DNA from: Candidatus Bipolaricaulota bacterium
GTDB lineage: Bacteria > Patescibacteriota > Patescibacteriia > UBA11705 > DATKZF01
DNA length: 64,000 bases
Reading direction: 5' to 3'
Assembly (NCBI GenBank): GCA_035528115.1
Contig: DATKZF010000003.1
Location: 551,089 to 615,088 of the forward strand
Shown: positions 47,352 through 56,427 of the stretch, piece after piece
Layout of the letters: every line of letters begins with the position of its first letter
Position numbering within the stretch: the first letter of the stretch is position 1
The notes under the pieces: generated by a model
What the model was told of the DNA's origin: nothing
Database searches by the model: none
What the model saw: the letters and a program-made list of their open reading frames with translations, nothing else
Translations under genes and position numbers: made by a program

Positions 47352-47755
47352 TAAATATCGAAATCAATAATCAGACGGCTTATCCGGCACGGAAAAGCGA
47401 GCTATTGAAAGTGGCGAAAATGGTTTCGTCGGTTTTGAAAATCAAATCGAAAAAGGAGGCGTCCGTGGCCTTGGTTGATGAGCAGACCATTAAAATGATG
47501 AATAAAGCTTATCGTAAAAAAGATAAAGTGACTGACGTGCTGTCTTTTGCCGGCGAAGACGCCTCGATCGGGGAAGTGTTGATTTGCTTGCCTAGAGCAA
47601 AGGCTCAGGCCAAGGATTTCGGTCATTCCTTGAAAAAGGAAATACAATTTTTGTTGACGCACGGGTTGTTGCATCTTCTGGGTTATGACCACATAAAAAA
47701 GAACGATCGTTTTAAAATGGAAGCATTGCAGGAAAAAATAATGGCCAAATTATGA
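47348..47755 (+). CDS. ybeY: rRNA maturation endoribonuclease YbeY
   Basis: TDVLSF, HGLLHLLGYDH. Confidence 0.95.
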   Translation: MINIEINNQTAYPARKSELLKVAKMVSSVLKIKSKKEASVALVDEQTIKMMNKAYRKKDKVTDVLSFAGEDASIGEVLICLPRAKAQAKDFGHSLKKEIQFLLTHGLLHLLGYDHIKKNDRFKMEALQEKIMAKL

Positions 47756-48129
47756 TTTTCAAATTTAAAAGATTAAAAAGGAGTTTTTCATACGCCTGGC
47801 GAGGCCTTTCGACCGTTATTTTGAAAGAACAAAATTTCAGAATACATTTCGTGATCGCTTTGATCGTCATTATTTTGGGTTTGTCGTTTCAGATCAGGCC
47901 GTGGGAATGGGTAGCTCTTTTATTGGTGATATTTTTTGTGTTGTTATTGGAAATCGTCAATACGGTTTTCGAGCGGGTGGTGGATATGCTTAAGCCGAGA
48001 GTGAGCAATTTGGCCATGGAAGCCAAAGATGTCATGTCCGCGGCCGTTTTGGTGGCCGCCATTTTCTCGATCATTATAGGTTTATTGATTTTTGTTCCGT
48101 ATCTGCGGGAGTTTTTGAGCCGGCTTTAA
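47752..48129 (+). CDS. dgkA: Diacylglycerol/undecaprenol kinase
   Basis: SFSYAWRGL, EQNFRIH, EIVNT.FE..VD, AKDV.SAAV. Confidence 0.9.
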   Translation: MIFKFKRLKRSFSYAWRGLSTVILKEQNFRIHFVIALIVIILGLSFQIRPWEWVALLLVIFFVLLLEIVNTVFERVVDMLKPRVSNLAMEAKDVMSAAVLVAAIFSIIIGLLIFVPYLREFLSRL

Positions 48130-48230
48130 TTTGGAATTTGAGAATTTTTATATTATAATGGAACAAGCGATCGGGAGGGAAATTTAATCCCTTCTTTGAA
48201 TATTCGCTTGTTTTGCAAAAACAAAAATTT

Positions 48231-49478
48231 ATGGCAGATAATTTAATCACCGGAATCGATATTGGCACCGCGACCATCAGAATCGTGGTGGCGCAGCTGG
48301 CCAGAGGAGCGAACGAAGAGCAGCTGAATATCATCGGCGTTATTGAGGTGCCGGCGCAAGGCGTCAGCAAAGGCTCGATCATCAGTATTGAAGACTCGGT
48401 TTCCAGTATTTCAAACGCTTTGGAAAATGCCGAGCGCATGATCGGCTTGCCGATTGATAATGCTTGGATCGGCATTTCCGGCACGCATATCACGTCCCAG
48501 GAATCGAGCGGAGTTATCGCCATTTCCAGAACCAGCGGTGAAATACAAGATGATGATGTGGATCGAGTGATTGAAGCCGCTCGTTCGGTGGCCGCTCCGG
48601 TGAATTATGAGGTTTTGCACGTAATTCCCAAAGCGTTTACGATCGATAATCAATCGGGGGTAAAAGACCCGGTCGGCATGTCCGGCATCAGGCTCGAAGT
48701 GACGACACAGGTCATCAGAGGACTGTCTTCTCATATCAAAAATCTGACCAAAAGCATTTATCGCACCGGCCTTGATATCAATGACATAATTTTGGCTTCC
48801 TTGGCGGCTTCCGAGTCGGTGTTGTCCGTCCGGCAAAAGGAATTGGGAGTGGCTTTGGTTGATATAGGCGCGGCCACCACCAACATTATCGTTTTTGAAG
48901 AAGGCGATGTCTTGCATACCTGCGTTATTCCGATCGGTTCGGACCATATCACGTCCGATATTGCCATCGGCTTGCAGACATCGATCGATATCGCGGAAAA
49001 AGTGAAACTGGAATTCGGCAGCGCTTTGCCCAAAAATTTTGAAAAAAAGGACATTGTTAATCTGCAAGACGTGGGCGGAGACAATCAGGAATTTTCCAGA
49101 AAATATATTTCCGAGATAATCGAGGCGCGCGCCGAGGAAATGTTTGAAAAAATCGACATTGAGTTGCAAAAAATAAACAGGAGTGGTTTACTACCAGCAG
49201 GTATAGTTTTGGTCGGCGGCGGCGCGAAATTGTCGGGTTTGGTGGAAGTGGGCAAGAAAAAAACCATGTTGCCCGTCTCAATCGGCAAATTGCAGACGTT
49301 CACCACAGCTGTGGACAACGTCTCCGACGTTTCCTTCGCCACGGCGCTCGGGTTGGTCTTATGGGGCTATCAGATGAATCAGGAAAGCGGCAAGAAAATG
49401 GGATTTTCCAATAAATTTGAGACAATAAAGGCGTCAGCAGGCCGAATAAAAAATTGGTTCAAGTCACTAATATCATAA
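48231..49478 (+). CDS. ftsA: Cell division protein FtsA
   Basis: GIDIGT, DPVGMSG.RLEV, VDIGAATT, GIVLVGGGA; upstream of ftsZ. Confidence 0.96.
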   Translation: MADNLITGIDIGTATIRIVVAQLARGANEEQLNIIGVIEVPAQGVSKGSIISIEDSVSSISNALENAERMIGLPIDNAWIGISGTHITSQESSGVIAISRTSGEIQDDDVDRVIEAARSVAAPVNYEVLHVIPKAFTIDNQSGVKDPVGMSGIRLEVTTQVIRGLSSHIKNLTKSIYRTGLDINDIILASLAASESVLSVRQKELGVALVDIGAATTNIIVFEEGDVLHTCVIPIGSDHITSDIAIGLQTSIDIAEKVKLEFGSALPKNFEKKDIVNLQDVGGDNQEFSRKYISEIIEARAEEMFEKIDIELQKINRSGLLPAGIVLVGGGAKLSGLVEVGKKKTMLPVSIGKLQTFTTAVDNVSDVSFATALGLVLWGYQMNQESGKKMGFSNKFETIKASAGRIKNWFKSLIS

Positions 49479-49482
49479 ATCT

Positions 49483-50670
49483 ATGGGAGAAGTTAAACCT
49501 GAAATTGAAACTTTTGCCAAAATAAAGGTTTTTGGCATAGGAGGAGGGGGAGGATCCGCGTTAAACAGAATGATACAGCAAAAAATCAAAGGAGTTGAAT
49601 TTATTGCCATTAACACGGATTTGCAAGCTTTGCAGCATTCATTGGCGGAAAAGAAAATCCATATCGGTCGCACCACGACCAGAGGTCTTGGCGCGGGCAT
49701 GAATCCCGATATCGGCCGTAAAGCCGCTGAAGAATCCCAGAACGAATTGAGAGAATTGCTTAAAGGCGCGGACATGATTTTTATCACTTATGGTTTGGGC
49801 GGAGGCACGGGCACGGGCGCCGGACCGATTATCGCCGAATTGGCGAAAGAACAAGGCGCGCTGACCATTGCCGTGGTTACCAAACCTTTTTCTTTTGAAG
49901 GATCTCCAAGAAGAAAAATAGCCGATGAAGGCTTGGCCAATTTGAGCGGCCAGGTGGATACTTTGATCACCATACCCAATGACCGTATTTGGCAAATTAT
50001 CGATAAAAAAACGCCTTTGCTCGAAGCATTCGGCGTGGTGGACGAGGTCTTGCGCCAAGGCGTGCAGGGCATTGCCGAATTAATCACTTTGCCCGGTCTG
50101 ATCAACGTGGATTTCGCGGACGTGAAAACTATCATGCGAGACACGGGATCGGCTTTGATGGGCGTCGGCCAAGCAACGGGCGAAAATCGCGCCATTGAGG
50201 CGGCCAAGGCGGCCATTTCCAGTCCTTTGCTGGAATTGAGCATTGATGGCGCCAAAGGCATCTTGTTCAACATTGTCGGGGGCAATGACATTACCATGTA
50301 TGAAATCAGCGAGGCCGCCAAAGTCATTACCGAAAGCGTGGATCCTGAAGCCAAGATCATTTTCGGGGCGGTGGTGGATGAAGAATTGAAAGATGAAATA
50401 AAAATAACGGTGGTGGCCACGGGTTTTGATCCGGACGCGGCTTTTCAATCGAAAAACAGGATAACTCACAGCGTCACGCCGGTCACCAAAAATTATTTTC
50501 AGCCGGAAACAAGAAGGGATGATTCGAAAATTATCGAACAGGAGACATATCAGGCCGCTGATGAAGATATCTTTCAACCGAAGAGCAAGGAGCAGTTCCG
50601 GGCTCAAGAGAGCGACAGCGATGATGAGGACCTGGAAATTCCGGCGTTTATTCGAAGGAAAATGATGTAA
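49483..50670 (+). CDS. ftsZ: Cell division protein FtsZ
   Basis: GGGTGTG signature, INVDFADV, C-terminal LEIPAFIR. Confidence 0.98.
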   Translation: MGEVKPEIETFAKIKVFGIGGGGGSALNRMIQQKIKGVEFIAINTDLQALQHSLAEKKIHIGRTTTRGLGAGMNPDIGRKAAEESQNELRELLKGADMIFITYGLGGGTGTGAGPIIAELAKEQGALTIAVVTKPFSFEGSPRRKIADEGLANLSGQVDTLITIPNDRIWQIIDKKTPLLEAFGVVDEVLRQGVQGIAELITLPGLINVDFADVKTIMRDTGSALMGVGQATGENRAIEAAKAAISSPLLELSIDGAKGILFNIVGGNDITMYEISEAAKVITESVDPEAKIIFGAVVDEELKDEIKITVVATGFDPDAAFQSKNRITHSVTPVTKNYFQPETRRDDSKIIEQETYQAADEDIFQPKSKEQFRAQESDSDDEDLEIPAFIRRKMM

Positions 50671-51021
50671 TTCATGCTTATAAAATATTATTGAAAAAAA
50701 GCGGAGAGCTCGCCGGCAGGCAGGACTCTCCGTTTTTTTTTCGGTATGAAGAGATGAATTTATCCACAGCGGATCGAATCGGTTTTATGACGCTTGATTT
50801 TCCCAGGTTTTAGCCCAGTATTTTGTTTTGAGGAGATCTTGAAATCATGCTATAATTAAATCAAGGAAAGAAATTTCTAAAGCGAGGCAAAGGCCTTAAA
50901 ACAAAAGTTACATTTTTTTTGTGAGGAAGACTAAAAAAGTGCCGGCTCGGGCGTGGGCGCTGAATTTAAGTCTTCTTTATTTCCCCCAAAAACCTTTAAC
51001 CCTATTATTATTCCCACTATT

Positions 51022-53103
51022 ATGCCTTACGAAGACAATAAAATTCTTCAAATTCGCAAAAGAGACGATCGCATCGTGGATTTTTATCCGGAAAAAATCA
51101 CCGCGGCCATTTTTAAGGCCATGAAAGCGGTGGACGAGGGCAGTCAGGAGCTGGCCGATCGTTTGTCTGACGACGTGATGGAGAAATTGAACAAAAGGTT
51201 TCATGAACGCTCCATTCCGGCCGTGGAAGAAATTCAGGATATTGTCGAAGAGGTCATGATGTCCAACAACTTGTTCAAGACGGCCAGAGCTTACATCATT
51301 TATCGCGATCAGCATTCGAAAATGCGCGAAATAAAGTCCATGATCAATTCGGATGAATTGATGGAAAGCTATTTGAAAAAAGTGGATTGGCGGGTCAAAG
51401 AAAACAGCAACATGGATTATTCATTGCAAGGATTGAATAATTACGTGGCCTCGACCATCAGCTCGCATTATTGGTTGAATAAAATATATCCTCCTCAAAT
51501 AAGAGACGCGCACGTCAACGGCGATTTTCATATTCATGATTTGCAATTGCTTTCCGCTTATTGCGTGGGTTGGGATTTGCGGGATCTTTTAATCAGGGGC
51601 TTTGGCGGAGTTCACGGCAAGGTAGCCAGCTCTCCGGCCAAACATTTGAGCACCGCGCTGGGACAGTTGGTGAATTTCTTTTATACTTTGCAAGGTGAAT
51701 CCGCGGGCGCTCAAGCGATTTCCAGTTTTGATTTGTTTTTGGCGCCGTTTATCAGATATGACGGCTTGGATTTCAAAGGCGTCAAGCAACAGCTTCAGAA
51801 TTTCCTTTTTAACATGAATGTGCCGACCAGGGTGGGTTTTCAGACGCCATTCACCAATATCACGCTTGATTTGTTCGTGCCGGGCAACATGGCGGAGGAG
51901 CCGGTCATTATCGGCGGCAAGCCTCAGCGGGAAACATACAAAGAATTTCAAAAAGAAATGGACCTGTTCAATGAGGCGCTGGTGGAAGTGATGCTCGAAG
52001 GCGACAGCCGCGGACGAGTGTTCGCTTTCCCGATTCCGACTTACAATGTCAGCAAAAACTGGGATTGGGAGTCGACCATCATTGATCGCATCATGGAAAT
52101 CACGGCGAAATACGGCATTCCTTATTTTTCGAATTTCATCAACAGCGACATGAATCCGGAAGACGCCAGATCCATGTGTTGCCGTTTGCGTCTGGACAAT
52201 CGTGAATTGCAAAAGCGCGGCGGAGGACTTTTCGGCGCCAATCCGCTGACGGGATCGATCGGCGTGGTGACTTTGAACATGGCCAGAATCGGCCATACGG
52301 CCAAAAGCAAAGAGGCGTATTTTCAAAGAGTCGCGGAGCTGATGGATTTGGCCAAAGACAGTTTGAAAATCAAAAGAGATGTTTTGGAAAGATTCACCGA
52401 AGGCGGGCTTTACCCGTATTCCAGATATTATTTGTCCTCGGTGAAGGAGCGATTCGGTTATTTTTGGAAAAATCATTTCAATACCATCGGCCTTAACGGC
52501 GTCAACGAAGCTTGTAAAAATCTTTTGGGAGAAGATATTACCGGTCCGGAAGGCCATAAATTCGCCACGCAGATACTTGATTTCATGAGAGAGCGAATTC
52601 ATCAGTATCAATTGGGCGGTTCGGATTTGTACAATCTGGAAGCCACGCCGGCCGAGGGCACGTCGTATCGGTTCGCCAAAATCGACAAAGAAAAATATCC
52701 GAACATCATTTGCGCCAATGAAAAAGATTATTGCGAAAAAGGCGCTGAGCCTTATTACACCAATTCCACCCAGTTGCCCGTGGATTACACGGAAGACATG
52801 TTGGAAGCGTTGAAAATTCAAGATGATCTGCAGACCAGATATACGGGCGGCACGGTTTTTCACGGATTTATAGGTGAGCGAATGCCGTCGATTGAAGCCA
52901 CGAAAAATTTGGTGAAAAAAATCGCGGAGACATTTCATTTGCCGTATTTCACCATCACGCCGACATTCAGCGTCTGCCCCCAGCACGGCTATTTGTCAGG
53001 GGAACATGAGTATTGTCCGAAGTGCGATGAAGAAATGGGCTATTTGGAAAGTCCGTTGATCGATTGGAGCGGTGAAAAAAAAGCTGAAAAAACGGAAAAT
53101 TAA
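51022..53103 (+). CDS. nrdD: Class III (anaerobic) ribonucleotide reductase, ATP-cone + catalytic core, lacking the Gly-radical tail
   Basis: IRKRD ATP cone, HIHDL, SMCCRL, EATPAE, TGGT.FH, CPQHG...CPKC; no RVxGY motif. Confidence 0.93.
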   Translation: MPYEDNKILQIRKRDDRIVDFYPEKITAAIFKAMKAVDEGSQELADRLSDDVMEKLNKRFHERSIPAVEEIQDIVEEVMMSNNLFKTARAYIIYRDQHSKMREIKSMINSDELMESYLKKVDWRVKENSNMDYSLQGLNNYVASTISSHYWLNKIYPPQIRDAHVNGDFHIHDLQLLSAYCVGWDLRDLLIRGFGGVHGKVASSPAKHLSTALGQLVNFFYTLQGESAGAQAISSFDLFLAPFIRYDGLDFKGVKQQLQNFLFNMNVPTRVGFQTPFTNITLDLFVPGNMAEEPVIIGGKPQRETYKEFQKEMDLFNEALVEVMLEGDSRGRVFAFPIPTYNVSKNWDWESTIIDRIMEITAKYGIPYFSNFINSDMNPEDARSMCCRLRLDNRELQKRGGGLFGANPLTGSIGVVTLNMARIGHTAKSKEAYFQRVAELMDLAKDSLKIKRDVLERFTEGGLYPYSRYYLSSVKERFGYFWKNHFNTIGLNGVNEACKNLLGEDITGPEGHKFATQILDFMRERIHQYQLGGSDLYNLEATPAEGTSYRFAKIDKEKYPNIICANEKDYCEKGAEPYYTNSTQLPVDYTEDMLEALKIQDDLQTRYTGGTVFHGFIGERMPSIEATKNLVKKIAETFHLPYFTITPTFSVCPQHGYLSGEHEYCPKCDEEMGYLESPLIDWSGEKKAEKTEN

Positions 53104-53135
53104 TAATTTAAATAAAAAATAATTAAAATAAAAAT

Positions 53136-53279
53136 ATGGCTTCACAAAAGCTCGAGAGAACGAAATGTGAAATTTATACTCGCGTGGTCGGGTATCTTAG
53201 CCCGGTGCAACGTTGGAACAAAGGTAAAAAAGCGGAGTTTGCCGATAGAAAAATGTACGACGCGACATTGTCAAAATAG
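53136..53279 (+). CDS. 47-aa NrdD C-terminal glycyl-radical peptide (not in the ORF track)
   Basis: MASQKLERTKCEIYTRVVGYLSPVQRWNKGKKAEFADRKMYDATLSK. Confidence 0.88.
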   Translation: MASQKLERTKCEIYTRVVGYLSPVQRWNKGKKAEFADRKMYDATLSK

Positions 53280-53361
53280 CGGGGAGTCCCGTTACCATGA
53301 GCCTGTCAGGCTCCAATGGATTTAAGGCCGCGGCAAGCGGTCTTAAGTTTTTCATAGAGAT

Positions 53362-54066
53362 ATGATGAAAATCGGCGGCATGCAAACCTTAACCTTAATT
53401 GATTACCCCGGCGCGGTGGCGGCGACGATTTTTTTGCTGGGTTGCAATCTGCGTTGTCATTTCTGCCACAATCCCGAGCTGGTCTTGGGCGATGAGGCCG
53501 CTGAAAAACTCAATGCCAAAGAAATTTTCGATTTTTTGCAAAGCCGGCGCGAGTTTTTGGAAGGAGTCTGCATTACTGGCGGCGAGCCGACCATATGGCG
53601 GGATCTGCCGGATTTTATCGATAAAATAAAAGAAATGGGTTTTAAGGTGAAACTCGACACCAATGGCACGAATTACAAAATGCTCGGCGATTTGATCAAT
53701 CAAAAGAAAATCGATTACGTGGCCATGGATATCAAGGCGCCGTGGGACAAATACGAACAGGTCGTCGGGCGCAAAGTAAACATTGTTCAAATTAAAAAAA
53801 GCGCGCATTTATTGTTATCCGGCAGTGTGGATTATGAGTTTCGCAGTACGGTTTTGCCGGTCTTGCACAAGAAAGAAGACTTGATCGCCATGGCTCGGCA
53901 GATCAAAGGAGCCAAGCGTTACTATTTACAACAATTCAAACCATTTGCTAAAATGGTAGATAAGGAATACAAAAACGCGGTGTCATACAAAAGCGTTGAT
54001 TTGCAAAAAATAAAAAATCAAATAAAACAGTGGTTTGAAGTTTGTCAGATCAGAGAAAATTTATAA
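53362..54066 (+). CDS. nrdG: Anaerobic RNR activating radical-SAM enzyme
   Basis: GCNLRCHFCHNP, ITGGEPT, KLDTNG. Confidence 0.93.
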   Translation: MMKIGGMQTLTLIDYPGAVAATIFLLGCNLRCHFCHNPELVLGDEAAEKLNAKEIFDFLQSRREFLEGVCITGGEPTIWRDLPDFIDKIKEMGFKVKLDTNGTNYKMLGDLINQKKIDYVAMDIKAPWDKYEQVVGRKVNIVQIKKSAHLLLSGSVDYEFRSTVLPVLHKKEDLIAMARQIKGAKRYYLQQFKPFAKMVDKEYKNAVSYKSVDLQKIKNQIKQWFEVCQIRENL

Positions 54067-54088
54067 CATACGGCGTAAAATAAAATTT

Positions 54089-54370
54089 ATGGAGGGTAAA
54101 AACAATAAAAATTTGGAGCAAGAAATGCTGCAGATAAAGTCCATGGTTAAGCAAAATACGGAGTATACCAGAAAAGCGTTGGAATTGGCGGAAAAGACGC
54201 AGAAGTATGTTTTGTGGATTAAAATTATAAATTTAATAAAACTTTTGATCATTCTTCTTCCGATTATTTTGGCTTTGATTTATCTGCCGTCGTTTTTGAG
54301 AGAGTTTTTCGAACAATACAAAGAGTTGTTCGGGGCCGGCGGAATTTTTTACGACAAGCTGATTCGATAA
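54089..54370 (+). CDS. Small membrane hypothetical protein
   Basis: Coiled N-terminus and one TM segment; terminator follows. Confidence 0.6.
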   Translation: MEGKNNKNLEQEMLQIKSMVKQNTEYTRKALELAEKTQKYVLWIKIINLIKLLIILLPIILALIYLPSFLREFFEQYKELFGAGGIFYDKLIR

Positions 54371-54404
54371 GAAAAAGACCGCCGACATGTTTGGCGGTTT
54401 TTGA

Positions 54405-54706
54405 ATATTACGAATCTCTACTTCCGATAGGACAAGCTAGGTTTAGGTTTATCTGTTTTGGTTACGAATTACTAAAGCTGTTTAGCTTGCCTTGGCCTGG
54501 AAATTACGAATCTCTACTTCCGATAGGACAAGCTATGTTTAGGTTTAACTGTTTTAGTTACGAATTACTAAAGCTGTTTAGCTTGCCTTGGCCTAGAAAA
54601 TCGCGAATATCTATTTAAATTAGGACAAGCTAGGTTTAGGCCTTGTTTGTTTTGTTACAAATACAGAATTCCAAATAGCTTAGCTTGGCGATGAAAGCTA
54701 CGAATA
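54405..54706. repeat. TTACGAAT-anchored array with a 96-bp tandem unit
   Basis: TTACGAATCTCTACTTCCGATAGGACAAGCT repeated 96 bp apart. Confidence 0.88.
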
Positions 54707-54825
54707 ATCTTTTTATTAAGGAAAAAATTACGATGAGCGGAGAGACAAGCTCTCCGCTGGATAAAAAAATAGGCAATCTTTCTACAAACCCAGCAGAGAG
54801 CTTGTCTCTCTGCTCATCAATATTT

Positions 54826-55140
54826 ATGGCCAAGATTTTTCAGCGCTTGTTTTGGCAATGATCAAAAAAATCCCGGTCGGCCGCGAGACCACTTACAAAA
54901 TTTTGGCCAAAGCCTGCGGCCGGTCCAAAGCGTGCCGAGCGGTCAGCCGGATTTTAAACGCCAACAATTATTCTTTTCTATCCCGCGTTTCCAAAAAGGA
55001 CATAATTCCTTGTCACCGAGTGATTTGTTCAAACGGGCGTTTGGGCGGACCTGCCTGCCGGCAGGTTCTCGAAAGGAATCAAAAACAAGATTGTATTATT
55101 AAAAGCGGCTGGCGTATTGGCCACCTACAACCTACCAGCT
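54826..55140 (+). pseudogene. MGMT/Ogt-family alkyltransferase pseudogene
   Basis: KIP.G..TTY and IPCHRV retained; ATG at 54826 out of frame; 16-bp insert at 55050-55065 shifts the C-terminus. Confidence 0.8.
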
Positions 55141-55180
55141 AATAAGCCACAAGCTGCTATTAACAATTAAATTTGAATTT

Positions 55181-56422
55181 ATGACGGAAAAGAAAACATA
55201 CTCGAAAAAGTTCATCGTCATCGCGATTATCATCAGTTTGTTTTTCGGCAGCGCGGTGGGCGCGTTTTTGGGTTTTGCGGGCGCGATTTGGGGCTCGCGT
55301 TTGGCCGGGCCGTATTTGATGAAAACGACTTGGGGTTCCGAGTTGTTGAATAAAAATAAAAATTTGACTTTGCAAATCAACGAGGATTCGGAAACGATAA
55401 AGGTCGCCAAAGACGTGGCGCCATCCGTGGTCAGCATTGTGATTTCCAAAGAGCTGGATAATTATTACAATGCCACCGGCCCGTTTGATTTTTTCTTCGA
55501 TAATTTTTTCAATGGCAACAACCGAATGATCGATCCCAATGAACCGAAAGTCAAACAGACGATCGGCGGCGGCACGGGCTTTATCATTTCAAGCGATGGA
55601 TTGATTTTAACCAACAGGCATGTGGTCGCGGACGACGGAGCCACCTACACCGTTATTTTAAGCGACGGTTCGGAACATGAAGCGACCGTTTTGGGCAGAG
55701 ATTCGCTGAACGATATCGCCGTGATTAAAATAGACGCGGACAATTTGCCCGAAGTGGAATTGGGTGATTCGGATAATCTGGAAATAGGGCAGACCGTGCT
55801 GGCTATCGGCAACGCTTTGGCCGAATACAGCAACACCGTGACCAAAGGCGTGATTTCCGGCATCAATCGCGAAGTCACGGCCGGCGATGGCCGCGGACAA
55901 TCCGAATTGATTAAAGAAGCGATTCAGACGGACGCGGCCATCAATCCGGGCAATTCCGGCGGCCCGCTGCTGAATTTATACGGCCAAGTGATCGGTATAA
56001 ACACGGCCATTGACAGTCAAGGCCAGTCCGTGGGATTTTCAATTCCCATCAACGCGGTCAAGAGCGTTATTGAAAGTGTCAGACAATATGGTAGAATAGT
56101 AAGGCCATGGCTTGGAGTGCGCTATGTTCAGCTCGATCAGGCCATTTCAAAGGCAAATAGCTTAAATTACGACTATGGCGCCTTGATCGCGCCCGGTCAA
56201 AATACGGCTGATTTGGCCGTGGCGCCGGGCAGTCCGGCCGATAAGGCGGGCTTGGTGGAAAATGACATTATTTTGGAACTTAACGGCCAAAAATTGGACG
56301 CGGATCATGTTTTGGCGATTGAGTTGTCAAAATACTCTCCAAGCGATAGGATTACCTTAAAGATATTTCACAAAGGCGAAGAAAAAGATGTTAAAATACA
56401 GCTTGAAGAACGAAAAGAATAA
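55181..56422 (+). CDS. htrA: HtrA/DegP-family serine protease with PDZ domain
   Basis: TNRHVV, DIAVIK, IQTDAAINPGNSGGPL, GSPADKAGL. Confidence 0.95.
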   Translation: MTEKKTYSKKFIVIAIIISLFFGSAVGAFLGFAGAIWGSRLAGPYLMKTTWGSELLNKNKNLTLQINEDSETIKVAKDVAPSVVSIVISKELDNYYNATGPFDFFFDNFFNGNNRMIDPNEPKVKQTIGGGTGFIISSDGLILTNRHVVADDGATYTVILSDGSEHEATVLGRDSLNDIAVIKIDADNLPEVELGDSDNLEIGQTVLAIGNALAEYSNTVTKGVISGINREVTAGDGRGQSELIKEAIQTDAAINPGNSGGPLLNLYGQVIGINTAIDSQGQSVGFSIPINAVKSVIESVRQYGRIVRPWLGVRYVQLDQAISKANSLNYDYGALIAPGQNTADLAVAPGSPADKAGLVENDIILELNGQKLDADHVLAIELSKYSPSDRITLKIFHKGEEKDVKIQLEERKE

Positions 56423-56427
56423 TAATT

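Noticed and set aside
50760-50768. DnaA box TTATCCACA upstream of nrdD as an origin signal
   Set aside because: A single box with no cluster or dnaA nearby; at most a regulatory site and not supportable further.
51589-52986. 465-aa antisense ORF, and other long antisense ORFs over topA, ftsA, ftsZ and prfB
   Set aside because: These are shadow frames of conserved genes with no motifs of their own.
54391-54618. 75-aa ORF with an internal 32-aa repeat (also 62236-62625 and 61894-62142)
   Set aside because: By-products of the DNA repeat arrays; TTG or other weak starts and no protein features.
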